Assembly: GCF_000737315.1 (NCBI RefSeq)
Contig: NZ_JMCB01000002.1
Location: 20,001 to 144,000, forward strand
DNA from: Hyalangium minutum
Lineage (GTDB): Bacteria; Myxococcota; Myxococcia; Myxococcales; Myxococcaceae
DNA length: 124,000 nucleotides
Reading direction: 5' to 3'
Part shown: positions 38,006 to 48,133 of the stretch, in pieces
Layout: each line of letters starts with the position of its first letter
Numbering within the stretch: position 1 is the stretch's first letter
The notes under the pieces: model-generated
What the model was told of the DNA's origin: nothing
Seen by the model: only the letters and a program-made list of their open reading frames with translations
The model's database searches: none
Translations under genes and position numbers: made by a program

Positions 38006-38779
38006 TCACGGGTGGTCCGGGTGGAGCCGGTGCCGCCACGTGGTGCGCTGCGCGGTGAAGGCGCGATTCTCGAACAGCTTGATGAGCGCTGCCCCCGCCA
38101 CGAAGCCACCGATGTGCGCCCACACCGCGACACCGCCCGAGGCATCCGAACGGATGGACGAGAGCTGCGGCAGGCCGGTGATGAGCTGGAGGACGAACCA
38201 GTAGATGAGCACCACCCAGGCGGGCACGGGGATGATGCGGATGAAGATGATGATGAAGATGAGCAGGTTCACCCGCACGCGCGGGTAGAGCACCAGGTAC
38301 GCCCCCAGAATGCCCGAGATGGCCCCCGAGGCCCCCACCGTGGGCACCGGCGACGCCGGTTCAATCATCACGTGCGCGCCCGCCGCGATGAGCCCACACA
38401 AGAGGTAGAAGACGAGGAAGCGAAACCGCCCCATGCTGTCCTCGATGTTGTTGCCGAAGACCCAGAAGAACAGGCAGTTGCCGAGGAGGTGGCCCCAGCC
38501 TCCGTGGAGGAACATGGAGGTGATCGGGGTGAAGAGGTTGATGGGCTCGTTGTCGATGACACAGGCGGCGGTGCGGCTCATCGGCACCGCGAGCCCCAGT
38601 GGTGCCCGGCCCGTCAGCTCGCCGGGCACCATGCCCCAGTTGCACACGCTCACGGCCAGCGCTTCGCTGTGCAGCCCCGCTCCCTGGAAGAAGAGCCACA
38701 CGAAGACGATGATCCCCAGCAGCAGGTACGTCATCACCGGGGTGCGCAGGGTTGGGTTGTCGTCACTGATAGGAAACAT
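38006..38779 (-). CDS. Rhomboid family intramembrane serine protease
   Basis: SMFLHGGWGHLLGN, VGASGAISG, AVWAHIGG. Confidence 0.93.
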   Translation of the reverse strand: MFPISDDNPTLRTPVMTYLLLGIIVFVWLFFQGAGLHSEALAVSVCNWGMVPGELTGRAPLGLAVPMSRTAACVIDNEPINLFTPITSMFLHGGWGHLLGNCLFFWVFGNNIEDSMGRFRFLVFYLLCGLIAAGAHVMIEPASPVPTVGASGAISGILGAYLVLYPRVRVNLLIFIIIFIRIIPVPAWVVLIYWFVLQLITGLPQLSSIRSDASGGVAVWAHIGGFVAGAALIKLFENRAFTAQRTTWRHRLHPDHP

Positions 38780-38906
38780 AGCGGGGCCCCATCATGGGCA
38801 CGGGGGCCCCCCGGCGTCAGGCATTCGCACCTTCCCTGTAAAGCGCATGACGTCCGGGCTCTCCGGCCGTTCCGAGCCGTCCCAGGCCGGTTAACTTCTT
38901 GGGACC

Positions 38907-39812
38907 ATGGTTCCACTCGCGACCCTGTCCCTGTCCCTGCCGTCCCTGCGCATGAAGGCGCTCGAGGCGGGCCCTGCCCATGGGCCGCTCGTCCTGCTCC
39001 TGCACGGCTTCCCAGAGCTGTCCGAGAGTTGGCGCGAGGTGCTCCCGGTGCTCGGGGCCGCGGGCTTCCACGCCGTGGCCCCGGACCTGCGCGGCTATGG
39101 CGGCACGGATCGGCCCAAGCATGGATATGACTTGGACACGCTCGCTGCGGACATCTACCAGCTCGCCCGGCACCTGCAGCCCGGCCGGCCCGTGCATGTG
39201 GTGGGGCATGACTGGGGCGGTGCCATCGCCTACCACCTCGCCGCCCGGCACCCGGAGGTGGTGGACCGGCTCGTCGTCATCAACTGTCCCCACCCGGTGG
39301 TGATGGCCCGGCGCATCTGGAACCCAGCCCAGCTCGCGCGCTCCTGGTACATGTTCTTCTTCCAACTGCCCTGGCTGCCCGAGAAGAAGCTCTCCCAGAA
39401 CCATGGCGCCGCCGTGCCGCGCTCCATCCGCCGGGCCCTGGTGGACAGTTCACGCGTTCCGCCCGAGCGCCTGCAGCCCTACGCGGACAACTTCGCCAGT
39501 CCCGAGGCCGCCCGCGCGGCGCTCGCTTACTACCGCACGGCCATTCGCAGTCTGCTGACGCCCTGGGGCCTGCGCCGCATGCGGGAGGGTTACCCGCGCA
39601 TCCGCGCGCCCTTCCTGCTCATCTGGGGCGAGGAGGACGTGGCCCTCGGCCGCGAGCTCACCTACGATTTGGAGCCCTGGTTCGAGCACCCGCCGCAGGT
39701 GCGCTATCTGCCGAACGTGGGGCACTTCGTCCCATTGGAGGCCCCGGAGCAGGTGGCCTCGCTGCTGACGGAGTTCCTCGGAGTCGAGGCGCCCCGGGCG
39801 CAGGCCCATTGA
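38907..39812 (+). CDS. Alpha/beta hydrolase (epoxide hydrolase-like)
   Basis: LLHGFPE, GHDWGG nucleophile Asp, IWGEEDVAL, VGHFVPLE. Confidence 0.9.
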   Translation: MVPLATLSLSLPSLRMKALEAGPAHGPLVLLLHGFPELSESWREVLPVLGAAGFHAVAPDLRGYGGTDRPKHGYDLDTLAADIYQLARHLQPGRPVHVVGHDWGGAIAYHLAARHPEVVDRLVVINCPHPVVMARRIWNPAQLARSWYMFFFQLPWLPEKKLSQNHGAAVPRSIRRALVDSSRVPPERLQPYADNFASPEAARAALAYYRTAIRSLLTPWGLRRMREGYPRIRAPFLLIWGEEDVALGRELTYDLEPWFEHPPQVRYLPNVGHFVPLEAPEQVASLLTEFLGVEAPRAQAH

Positions 39813-39891
39813 CAATCCATACATCGTGCCTCTTGGCTCGGACGGGGGCCCGTGCTTTGAACGAGGCTCCTCTCACCGCTGGAGCCGAACC

Positions 39892-40404
39892 ATGACGCTG
39901 TCGAAGTCCCCGCTGGGTTCCACCGCGCTGTTGCTGGTGGCCGCTCTCGCCCTCTCCACTGGCTGTGCCGCCAATCGCCGGGAGACCTATCTCCAGGAGA
40001 AGGCTGGTACCCACGTCTACCGCCAGCCCCTCGCCGAGGTGTGGCCCAAGGCCAAGGAGCTCCTCACCGAGGAGGGCTATTCTGTCATGGAGGCCAAGGG
40101 CGGCTTCGAGATGCAGACGGACTGGACGATGCAGGGCGCTCCCTCCTCGCTGGGCACCGCCTACGCGCGCTACCTCGTGCGCGGCATCGAGAAGGGCCCG
40201 GGCCAGTCCACGGTGGAGTTCCTCAGGCAGAACCGCGTCGAGTCCCAGGGCGCCCACGACACCAACACGGGCGCTGCCTCGGCCGCTGCGGCGGACTCCA
40301 GCTCGCTCACCCGCGACTATGCGCTGGAGTGGAAGCTGCTCCAGAAGGTGGATCCGGAGACCGCCAAGGCCTGGGAGGCCGAGGCCGCTCAGAAGGTGCA
40401 GTAG
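39892..40404 (+). CDS. Lipoprotein of unknown function
   Basis: ALSTGC lipobox; GGAG RBS. Confidence 0.65.
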   Translation: MTLSKSPLGSTALLLVAALALSTGCAANRRETYLQEKAGTHVYRQPLAEVWPKAKELLTEEGYSVMEAKGGFEMQTDWTMQGAPSSLGTAYARYLVRGIEKGPGQSTVEFLRQNRVESQGAHDTNTGAASAAAADSSSLTRDYALEWKLLQKVDPETAKAWEAEAAQKVQ

Positions 40405-40410
40405 CCCCGC

Positions 40411-41334
40411 TCAGTCCCGCAGAGGGACTTCCACGGTGAGCCCGTCGTGGGCCACCTCCACCGGCCCCTTGAACTCCTCGCGCGCCTGCACGAGCAGCTT
40501 CGAGGGGTCGGTGTCGTGCCGGCTGGACAGGTGCGTGAGGATGAGGCGCCGCACACCTGCCTCGTGCGCCACCCGCGCCGCCTCGCGCGCCGTGGAGTGC
40601 CGCGTCTCCAGCGCCCGCTCCTGCTCGTCATCGCTGAAGGTGGACTCGTGGATGAGCAGGTCCGCGTCCTTCGCCGCTCGCGTCAGCGAGGCGCACGGCC
40701 GCGTGTCGCCGGAGATGACCAGCCGCCTCCCGCTGCGCGGTGCTCCCAGCACGTCCTCGGGCCGCACCGTGGTGCCGTCCGGCAGCGTCACGCTCTCGCC
40801 CTTCTGCAGCCGGCCGAAGTCCGGGCCCGGCGGCACCCCGAGCGCCTTCGCCTTCTCCAGATGGAAGCGCCCGGGCCGGTCATCCTCCGCCAGCACGTAC
40901 CCCAGCGCGTTGATGCGGTGGTCCACGCCCACCGCGTGCACCGTGTAGCCCTCGCGGCGCACGCTGTCCCCGTCCTTCAGCTCGTGAATCTCCACCGGGA
41001 AGGCCAGCTGCTCCACGCCCAGGTGCACCGCCTGGTGCAGCACGCGCTTGGCGGTGGGCGGGCCGTACAGGCGCACGGGCTGGGCGCGCCCCATCATCCC
41101 CAGCGTCCGCAGGAAGCCGATGATTCCCAGGTAGTGGTCCGCGTGGAAGTGCGTGAAGAAGACGGCGTCCACGGTGAAGCCAGTGCCGTAGCGCACCATC
41201 TGCCGCTGGCTGCCCTCGCCACAATCGAAGAGCAGCAGGTCCGCATCCGCCTTCACCGCCAGCCCGGAGAGGTTCCGGTGCAGCGTGGGCTGCGCGGCGG
41301 AGGTGCCAAGGAAGGTGAGCCTCAGAAGAGTCAT
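40411..41334 (-). CDS. rnz: Ribonuclease Z
   Basis: TFLGTSAAQPT, FDCGEGSQRQ, THFHADH, SGDTRP, LIHESTF, LILTHLSSR. Confidence 0.93.
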   Translation of the reverse strand: MTLLRLTFLGTSAAQPTLHRNLSGLAVKADADLLLFDCGEGSQRQMVRYGTGFTVDAVFFTHFHADHYLGIIGFLRTLGMMGRAQPVRLYGPPTAKRVLHQAVHLGVEQLAFPVEIHELKDGDSVRREGYTVHAVGVDHRINALGYVLAEDDRPGRFHLEKAKALGVPPGPDFGRLQKGESVTLPDGTTVRPEDVLGAPRSGRRLVISGDTRPCASLTRAAKDADLLIHESTFSDDEQERALETRHSTAREAARVAHEAGVRRLILTHLSSRHDTDPSKLLVQAREEFKGPVEVAHDGLTVEVPLRD

Positions 41335-41473
41335 GCCGGCGCTTCCCACGAAAGAGAGGTCCTCCCGCGTCAACGGCCCTTCCTCCAGGGAGCGGAGGGG
41401 ACGCGAGGCCGCACGCGTGCGGGCCATTTAGCAGGCTTGGCCGGGCCCGTGGTATGGACCGCGCCCCTGTCCC

Positions 41474-42163
41474 ATGCCTGATTCTCTCACGGTTGCCCCT
41501 ACCTCGGACCCGCGCCGCGTGCGCGCCCCTGACGGAACCCTCCTCTCCCCGCCCTCCGGCTGGGCCTTGCTGCCTCCCGGAGACGCCGGGCTCACGCGGC
41601 GGGTGAAGGCCGCCGGCCCGAGCTGGACGGTGGTGGAGAAGAAGGGCCGCAAGACGTTCTCCCAGGGCATCTGGGCCCCCGAGGCCCACATCTCCGCCGC
41701 CCGCGCCGCGCTCGAGGCCGAGCGTGCCACCCCCGCCTACGCCAAGCGCCGCGCCTCGGATGCCGCCCGCCGCGAGCGCGAGCAGGCCGAGTACGAGGTG
41801 GACTTCGCCAACTCCGTGCTGCGCTTCCTCGCCTTCGCGCCCACTTTCACCGCGCACGCCAAGCGGCTGGCCGTCCTGGTGTCGGTCCACGCCACCCCCG
41901 TGGGCAGTGGCACCGTGGCGCGCACCGAGCGCATCCCCATCGAGCGCCGCGCCGAGGCCGCCGTCATCGCCTGGCTGCGCCACCAGACCACCCGCTATGA
42001 CGACATGAGCATCGCCCGGGTGAAGGGCGCCCGCCGCGAGGTGCGCCGCGAGCTGGCCGAGGTGTCTCGTGCCCTGCTCGACGTGCACCGCCGGGATGCG
42101 CCTCACCCCGCCGCGAGCTGCCCCCTGTGCACCGCCATCGAGAACCCTCGCAAGCCGGAGTAG
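41474..42163 (+). CDS. DUF2293-domain protein
   Basis: GSGTVAR...AVIAWLRHQTTRYD motif. Confidence 0.7.
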   Translation: MPDSLTVAPTSDPRRVRAPDGTLLSPPSGWALLPPGDAGLTRRVKAAGPSWTVVEKKGRKTFSQGIWAPEAHISAARAALEAERATPAYAKRRASDAARREREQAEYEVDFANSVLRFLAFAPTFTAHAKRLAVLVSVHATPVGSGTVARTERIPIERRAEAAVIAWLRHQTTRYDDMSIARVKGARREVRRELAEVSRALLDVHRRDAPHPAASCPLCTAIENPRKPE

Positions 42164-42353
42164 CAGCTTCAGCGGAAAGGTGTGTCTGACTGGAAACGGG
42201 TTCCTCCGTTGCGGGCGGGCGTGCGTCCAGGGGCCCGCGTGGCCGAGTGCCCTGGCCCGTGGCGAAGGGCGGTGAGATCCGGGACCCCCCACCTTGGCGA
42301 TGCCCTACCTACCAGGGTACGAAGGGGCCGCACTCGCACGCTTTGAGGAAACC

Positions 42354-43463
42354 ATGACGCCCTTCAGGACTCCGTCCGTTGCCCGCGTTCTTGCCGCTGC
42401 CGTGGCCCTGGGCTCGGCCCTCTCGCTGTCCGCATGTGGCAAGGCGGAGGCCGCGGAGCAGGCACCCGCCACGGGCGCCGCGGCGGCTGTCCCGGTGGTG
42501 AAGCTCACCGAGTCCCGCACCGCGCAGGCCACTCCGAGCGAGGAGGTGACGGGCACCCTCTATCCCTCCCAGGCGCTGCAGGTGGGCTTCGAGGTGGGCG
42601 GCCGGCTGGAGACGGTGCTGGTGAAGAAGGGGCAGGCGGTGAAGAAGGGCCAGGTGCTGGCCACGCTCAATGGGGAGATCGCCGACGCCCAGGTGGCGCA
42701 GGCCGAGGCCGCCGTGGCCGCCGCCGAGGCCGGTGCCGCCATCGCCGAGGACGTGGCCACCCGCACCTCGAAGCTTCAGGAGGCGGGCGGCGTGAGCGAG
42801 CTGCAGAACCGCACCTCCACCACCACCGCGCAGCAGGCCAAGGCGCAGGTGCTGGCCGCCAAGGCGCAGCTGTCGCAGGCCCGCGCGGCCCGCCGCCGCC
42901 ACGAGCTCAAGGCTCCCTTCGCCGGTACCCTCATCGACGCGCCCGAGCAGGTGGGCGCCACGGTGGCCCCGGGCGTGCCGCTGTTCACCCTGGAGTCGCT
43001 GGAGACGCTGGTGCTCAAGACGACGGTGGCCCAGCCGGTGCGCGGCGTGCTCAAGCCGGGCAGCAAGGTCCGCGTGGAGGCCGTGGGCGCGGGCACCTCC
43101 ACGGATGCCGCCGCGGTGAGCCTCATCCTCCCCTCCGCGGATCCGGCCACCCGCCGCATCCCCGTGGAGATCACCGTGCCCAACGCGGACGGCCGCTTCG
43201 TGGCCCACACGCTGGCCAAGGCCGTGCTCACCGTGGGCGAGCTGCAGGACGTGCACGTGCTCCCTGTCTCCGCGGTCTCCGCGGCCAACGGGGGGGATCA
43301 TGTCTACGTGGTGTCCTCCGCGGGCGAGGTGCGCCGCGTGGACGTGCAGATCATCGAGCGCCGGGCCCGCGAGGTGGTGGTGAAGGCCGCCTCGCCGCTG
43401 TCCAAGGTGATCGACTACCCCACCGCGGGCCTCCAGGACGGGGCCCGTGTCTCCGTGAAGTAG
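42354..43463 (+). CDS. RND efflux membrane-fusion (adaptor) lipoprotein
   Basis: LSAC lipobox, lipoyl halves (VGGRLETVLVKKG; LKAPFAG), ADPATRR. Confidence 0.92.
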   Translation: MTPFRTPSVARVLAAAVALGSALSLSACGKAEAAEQAPATGAAAAVPVVKLTESRTAQATPSEEVTGTLYPSQALQVGFEVGGRLETVLVKKGQAVKKGQVLATLNGEIADAQVAQAEAAVAAAEAGAAIAEDVATRTSKLQEAGGVSELQNRTSTTTAQQAKAQVLAAKAQLSQARAARRRHELKAPFAGTLIDAPEQVGATVAPGVPLFTLESLETLVLKTTVAQPVRGVLKPGSKVRVEAVGAGTSTDAAAVSLILPSADPATRRIPVEITVPNADGRFVAHTLAKAVLTVGELQDVHVLPVSAVSAANGGDHVYVVSSAGEVRRVDVQIIERRAREVVVKAASPLSKVIDYPTAGLQDGARVSVK

Positions 43464-43505
43464 GCCGCTGCTCTTCCGTTCCCTCGCAGCCTTCGCGAGC
43501 CTCCC

Positions 43506-46500
43506 ATGCTCCTGAGTGATGTCTCCATCCGCCGGCCCGTCTTCACGGGCATGATGTGCCTGTGCCTCACTGTCCTAGGGTTGATGGGGTTCAACCGCCT
43601 GGGGACGGATCTCTACCCGGAGATGGCGTTCCCCTTCGTGGTGGTCAACACCGTCTACCCAGGCGCGGGGCCAGGCGAAATCGAGACTCAGGTCATCAAG
43701 CCCATCGAGGACGCGGTGGCCGGCATCAGCGGCGTGGAGACCATCCACTCCTGGAGCCGCGAGAACTTGGGCACGGTGGCGGTGCAGTTCTCGCTGAACG
43801 TGGAGCTGGACGCCTCGGTGCAGGAGGTGCGCGACAAAGTGGCCAACGTGGCCAACGAGCTACCCCTGGACGCGGAGGCGCCCGTGGTCAGCGCCGTGGA
43901 CATCGGGGCCATCCCGATCCTCACGTACACCGTGTCCGCCGAGCTGCCCTCCCAGGAGCTGCGCAAGCTCGTCGAAGATCGCATCAAGCCGGCGCTGGCT
44001 CAGTTGGAGGGTGCCGCCGAGGTGCGCATCACCGGCGGTGACGTGCGGGAGATCCAGGTGGACATCGACCTGGAGAAGGCCAAGGCCCTGGGCGTGACGC
44101 CCATCGAGATTGCCCAGCGCATTGGCATGGAGAACCTGAACTTGCCGGCGGGCCGGCTGCAGCTGGCAGCCACCGAGCTGACGGTGCGCGCGCTCGGGCA
44201 GTTCCGCAACGTGGAGGAGCTGCGCGCCCTGCCCGTGGCCAAGAGCCGCAACGGCGCGCAGGTGCGCCTGGACGAGGTGGCCACGGTGACCGACGGGGTG
44301 GCCGAGCGCCGCACCACGGCGCGCCTCAACAGCCGTGACGCCATCATCGTCGAGCTGGTGAAGCAGCCGGGCGCCAACACGGTGAAGGTGAGCGACCAGG
44401 TGAAGAAGAAGCTGGAGGAAATCTCTCCCTTCATCGGCCATGGCTTCAAGGCCACGCTGCTCATCGACCAGTCGGGGCTCATCCGCGAGAACGCCAAGGA
44501 GGTGTGGATCGCCCTCGTCTTCGGTGGCGCCATGGCGGTGCTCATCATCCTGTGCTTCCTGCTGGACCTGCGCGGCACCCTCATCTCGTCGCTGGCGCTG
44601 CCCACCTCCGTGGTGGGCACCTTCTTCGTGATGTACCTGCTGGGCTACACGCTCAACCAGATGACGCTGCTGGCGCTGTCGCTGGCCATCGGCCTGCTCA
44701 TCGACGACGCGGTGGTGGTGCGCGAGGCCATCACCCACCGGCTGGAGAAGGGCGAGGAGCCGATGTCCGCCGCCTCGAACGGCACCAAGGACGTGGGCCT
44801 GGCGGTGCTGGCGACCACCTTCTCGCTCATCGCGGTGTTCGTCCCCGTGGGCTTCATGCCGGGCCTGGTGGGCCAGTTCTTCAAGCAGTTCGGCCTCACC
44901 ATCTCCGTAGCGGTGCTCGTCTCCCTGTTCATCTCCTTCACGCTGGACCCGGCGCTGTCGGCCCGGTTCGCCAAGGCGCGCAAGCCCGGCGAGGTGCACC
45001 GTCACGGCGCGGTGGCGTCCGCCATCCGCAACGTGCTGGATGGCTCCGAGCGCCTCTACGCGCGCATCCTGGGCTGGGTGCTGTCCAACAAGTGGAAGAC
45101 GATAGGCATCACCCTGCTGGTGGTGGTGGGCTCGTTCGCCGCTGCCAGCCGCCTGGGCATGGAGAACCTGCCGGCGGAGGACCGCTCGCAGTTCCTCGTG
45201 GACCTGCAGCTGCCGGACTCGGCCAGCCTGGCGGAGACGGAGGCGCGCACCGCCCAGGCCGAGGCGCTCATCCAGCGCGTCTCCGACGTGAACGACCTCT
45301 ACAGCATCGTCGGTCTCAACGGCGACGTGTACAAGGCGCGCATCCGCGTGCTCACCCAGCCCAAGGCGGCGCGCAAGCGGAGCCTCCAGGACATCAAGGA
45401 GGAGGTGCGCGGGCTGCTGACGTCCGGGCTCATCGCCACGCAGGTGAACATGTCGGATCCGCCCATGATCGAGGGGCTCGGAGACTGGTACCCCATCATG
45501 CTGCGCGTCACCGGCCCGGATCTGGCCGTGGTGAACGCGGAGGCCCAGCGCGTGGCGCAGACCCTGCGGGAGATTCCGGGCACCTCGGACATCCGCGTGG
45601 AGGCCAACCCCTCCAAGCCCGAGCTGCAGATCCAGATTGACCGGGCGCGCTCCTCGGACGCGGACCTGAGCGCCGCGAACCTGGCCACGCAGCTCCGGCT
45701 GGCCATTGGCGGAGAAGTGGCGGCCAAGCTGCGCGAGGGCACGGACGAGACGGACATCCGCGTGCGGTTGGAGGAGCAGGACCGGGCCACGCCCGAGAAG
45801 GTGCGGCAAATCGAGGTGTACACCCCGCGCGGCCCGCGGCCGGTGACGGACGTGGCAGAGGTGAGCCTGAAGGACGGGCCGAGCGTCATCGAGCATGAGA
45901 ACCGCCAGCGGACGATCGCCGTCATCTCTCAGGTGGCCCCGGGCGCGGCGCTGGGAGACATCGCCACGAAGCTCCGGGCGGCCATGGCGGCCAAGCCTCT
46001 GTCGGCGGGCTACACCCTCATCTACGACGGCCAGATCAAGAGCCTGGACGAGCAGACTGCGGCCTTCGGCTCGGCCCTGGGGCTCTCGTTCATCTTCATC
46101 TTCATGGTGCTGGCCAGCCAGTTCGAGTCCCTCAAGCACCCCTTCACCATCATGGTGGCGCTGCCGCTGGCGCTGGTGGGCGCGCTGCTGGCGCTGGTGG
46201 TGACGGGCAACCACATGTCCATGGGCGCGACCATTGGCATCATCCTGCTGATGGGCCTGGTGACGAAGAACGCCATCCTCCTGGTGGACGCGGCACTGCA
46301 GAACCTGCGCGCCGGGGACAGCGTGGACGAGGCGCTGCTGAAGGCGGGCCCGCGGCGCCTGCGGCCCATCCTCATGACGAGCGCGGCCATGGTCATCGCC
46401 ATGGTGCCCACGGCGGTGGGCACGGGCCTGGGCTCGGAGTTCCGCTCGGCCATGGCCATCGCGGTCATCGGTGGCGTCATCACCTCCACCTTCCTCACGC

Positions 46501-46640
46501 TGCTGGTGGTGCCGGTGGTGTTCGCGGGCCTGGAGCGCGTGGGCTTCCGCCGCAAGCCACGCAGCGGGTCCGGGGGAGGGGTGACACAGGCCGCGCAGGT
46601 GACGCACGTCTCGCCCCAGTCGGACGACAAGGCCGCCTGA
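43506..46640 (+). CDS. RND efflux permease (AcrB family)
   Basis: [39 protein letters not shown]. Confidence 0.95.
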   Translation: MLLSDVSIRRPVFTGMMCLCLTVLGLMGFNRLGTDLYPEMAFPFVVVNTVYPGAGPGEIETQVIKPIEDAVAGISGVETIHSWSRENLGTVAVQFSLNVELDASVQEVRDKVANVANELPLDAEAPVVSAVDIGAIPILTYTVSAELPSQELRKLVEDRIKPALAQLEGAAEVRITGGDVREIQVDIDLEKAKALGVTPIEIAQRIGMENLNLPAGRLQLAATELTVRALGQFRNVEELRALPVAKSRNGAQVRLDEVATVTDGVAERRTTARLNSRDAIIVELVKQPGANTVKVSDQVKKKLEEISPFIGHGFKATLLIDQSGLIRENAKEVWIALVFGGAMAVLIILCFLLDLRGTLISSLALPTSVVGTFFVMYLLGYTLNQMTLLALSLAIGLLIDDAVVVREAITHRLEKGEEPMSAASNGTKDVGLAVLATTFSLIAVFVPVGFMPGLVGQFFKQFGLTISVAVLVSLFISFTLDPALSARFAKARKPGEVHRHGAVASAIRNVLDGSERLYARILGWVLSNKWKTIGITLLVVVGSFAAASRLGMENLPAEDRSQFLVDLQLPDSASLAETEARTAQAEALIQRVSDVNDLYSIVGLNGDVYKARIRVLTQPKAARKRSLQDIKEEVRGLLTSGLIATQVNMSDPPMIEGLGDWYPIMLRVTGPDLAVVNAEAQRVAQTLREIPGTSDIRVEANPSKPELQIQIDRARSSDADLSAANLATQLRLAIGGEVAAKLREGTDETDIRVRLEEQDRATPEKVRQIEVYTPRGPRPVTDVAEVSLKDGPSVIEHENRQRTIAVISQVAPGAALGDIATKLRAAMAAKPLSAGYTLIYDGQIKSLDEQTAAFGSALGLSFIFIFMVLASQFESLKHPFTIMVALPLALVGALLALVVTGNHMSMGATIGIILLMGLVTKNAILLVDAALQNLRAGDSVDEALLKAGPRRLRPILMTSAAMVIAMVPTAVGTGLGSEFRSAMAIAVIGGVITSTFLTLLVVPVVFAGLERVGFRRKPRSGSGGGVTQAAQVTHVSPQSDDKAA

Positions 46641-46682
46641 GCCGGCCGGTCCGCCTCGGGCGCTGTGAGACGCCGCTCTGCC

Positions 46683-47432
46683 TCAGCCCGGGTAGAGCGG
46701 CGTCATCTTGTCGAGGATGGAGTTGAACAGGCGCTGGCCCTCCGGCGTGTCCGGGCACAGCCCGCCCCAGACGAGCGTGGTGCGATCGGCCATCGGCCGG
46801 AAGTACATCTTCCCGCGCATCCGCACGGGCTCGTAGCTCTCGCGCTGCTCGGAGAGGAAGCTCTCCTCGGGCACTCCGAAGACGGCGTAGTAGGTGAGGT
46901 CCGGCGTCACCGCGTCCTTCAGCCGGTGCAGGCCGCTGGGGATGATGCAGGCCACCTCGGCGGTGTGCCAGGGGCCCTCCTTGCCGCTGGTGGCCTCCTC
47001 CACGCGGAAGCACATCCGCGAGGGCGGGCAGCCCAGGTTGCCCGCGGTGAGGAAGTTGTAGTCCAGCCACGGCACCTCGAGCATCTCGTCCAGGTTGGGG
47101 CGCCCATCCCGGCGGAACCCCCACGGGCTCCCGTCCGGCTTGTACGCGCGCACCCCGTAGGCGCCGTAGAAGACGTTGTACCAGGGGCTTGCGGGGTCAA
47201 AGTAGCTGGAGCAGCCCCGGCCGTCGGTGAAGTCTCCGATGGAGAAGACCACTATCAAGTCAAACAGCCGCCGCAAGTCCTCGGCCATGAAGGGCTCATG
47301 GCCCACCGCGCCAATGGAACCTGTCAGGTGGGGAACAGGCGTGAGCACTCCTGAGTCGGCCAGGAAGTTCTTCTGGCCCGGCAGCGGCGTGGCGCGCAAG
47401 GCCATGGCGGCCAGCTCTCTTTGAAGACCCAT
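46683..47432 (-). CDS. Hypothetical protein (about 249 aa)
   Basis: ATG 47432 with GGAGG RBS; the longer track ORF is a shadow overlap of the DUF2378 gene. Confidence 0.65.
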   Translation of the reverse strand: MGLQRELAAMALRATPLPGQKNFLADSGVLTPVPHLTGSIGAVGHEPFMAEDLRRLFDLIVVFSIGDFTDGRGCSSYFDPASPWYNVFYGAYGVRAYKPDGSPWGFRRDGRPNLDEMLEVPWLDYNFLTAGNLGCPPSRMCFRVEEATSGKEGPWHTAEVACIIPSGLHRLKDAVTPDLTYYAVFGVPEESFLSEQRESYEPVRMRGKMYFRPMADRTTLVWGGLCPDTPEGQRLFNSILDKMTPLYPG

Positions 47433-47474
47433 GAGACCCTCCAGGAAGCGAGCGGACGAGGGTAAACTACTCGC

Positions 47475-48026
47475 ATGCAGGAGAAGCTGGTCTTCGATCA
47501 GACCCTCGAAGGTCTGTTCGTCCGAGGACTGGACGGCCGGGTGACCCCAACACTCAAGCTGCACTTGAGGGAGGTGGGAGTGGACCTCGACCGCAAGCTT
47601 CTGCCTGCCTACCCCTTCGAGACGTGGTGCTCCTGTGTGCGTGTAGCTGCGCAAACGCTGTATGCGGAGACGCCCCAGGAAGAGGCCTACCGCGAGCTGG
47701 GGGAGCGGATGGTGGACGGCTACCGGGGGACGATGATGGGGCGGGCGCTGTTCAGCGTGCTCCAGCTGCTGGGCCCCCGGCGGGTGCTGAGCCGGGTGCA
47801 GCAGAGCTTCCGCTCGGGAAACAACTACACGGAGGTTCGCACCGAGGACTTGGGCCCGACTCACCTGCGGCTGTGGGTGAACGAGGCCGGGCCCACCCGC
47901 TATTTGATGCAGGGCGCCATCCTGGCGGGCATGCGAGGGTGTGGCGTCCAGGAAGCCCAGGTGCGGGTGCGCGGCTTCACCGCCGAGGACGTCACCTTCG
48001 AGGTGGAGTGGCGGGAGAAGGGCTGA
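47475..48026 (+). CDS. DUF2378 (TIGR02265) Myxococcales protein
   Basis: EKLVFDQTLEGLFVRGL...GVDLDRKLLPAYP...SFRSGNNY signature. Confidence 0.85.
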   Translation: MQEKLVFDQTLEGLFVRGLDGRVTPTLKLHLREVGVDLDRKLLPAYPFETWCSCVRVAAQTLYAETPQEEAYRELGERMVDGYRGTMMGRALFSVLQLLGPRRVLSRVQQSFRSGNNYTEVRTEDLGPTHLRLWVNEAGPTRYLMQGAILAGMRGCGVQEAQVRVRGFTAEDVTFEVEWREKG

Positions 48027-48133
48027 GCCTGGCCCCTCGTGCAGCAGGCGACGTGGCGTGAACTCTTCAGGGGCCGTTGAGAGGGCGCGGTGATAAGGAC
48101 CTTCTGACTGTTCTCTGGAGTCAGGCCTATCCC

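Noticed and set aside
42164-42353. Possible riboswitch upstream of the RND operon
   Set aside because: GC-rich and foldable, but no SAM, cobalamin, c-di-GMP or guanidine consensus could be matched by eye
46683-47864. 393-aa minus-strand ORF overlapping the DUF2378 gene (possible overlapping genes)
   Set aside because: A good RBS and ATG at 47432 give a non-overlapping gene; the upstream part is antisense noise
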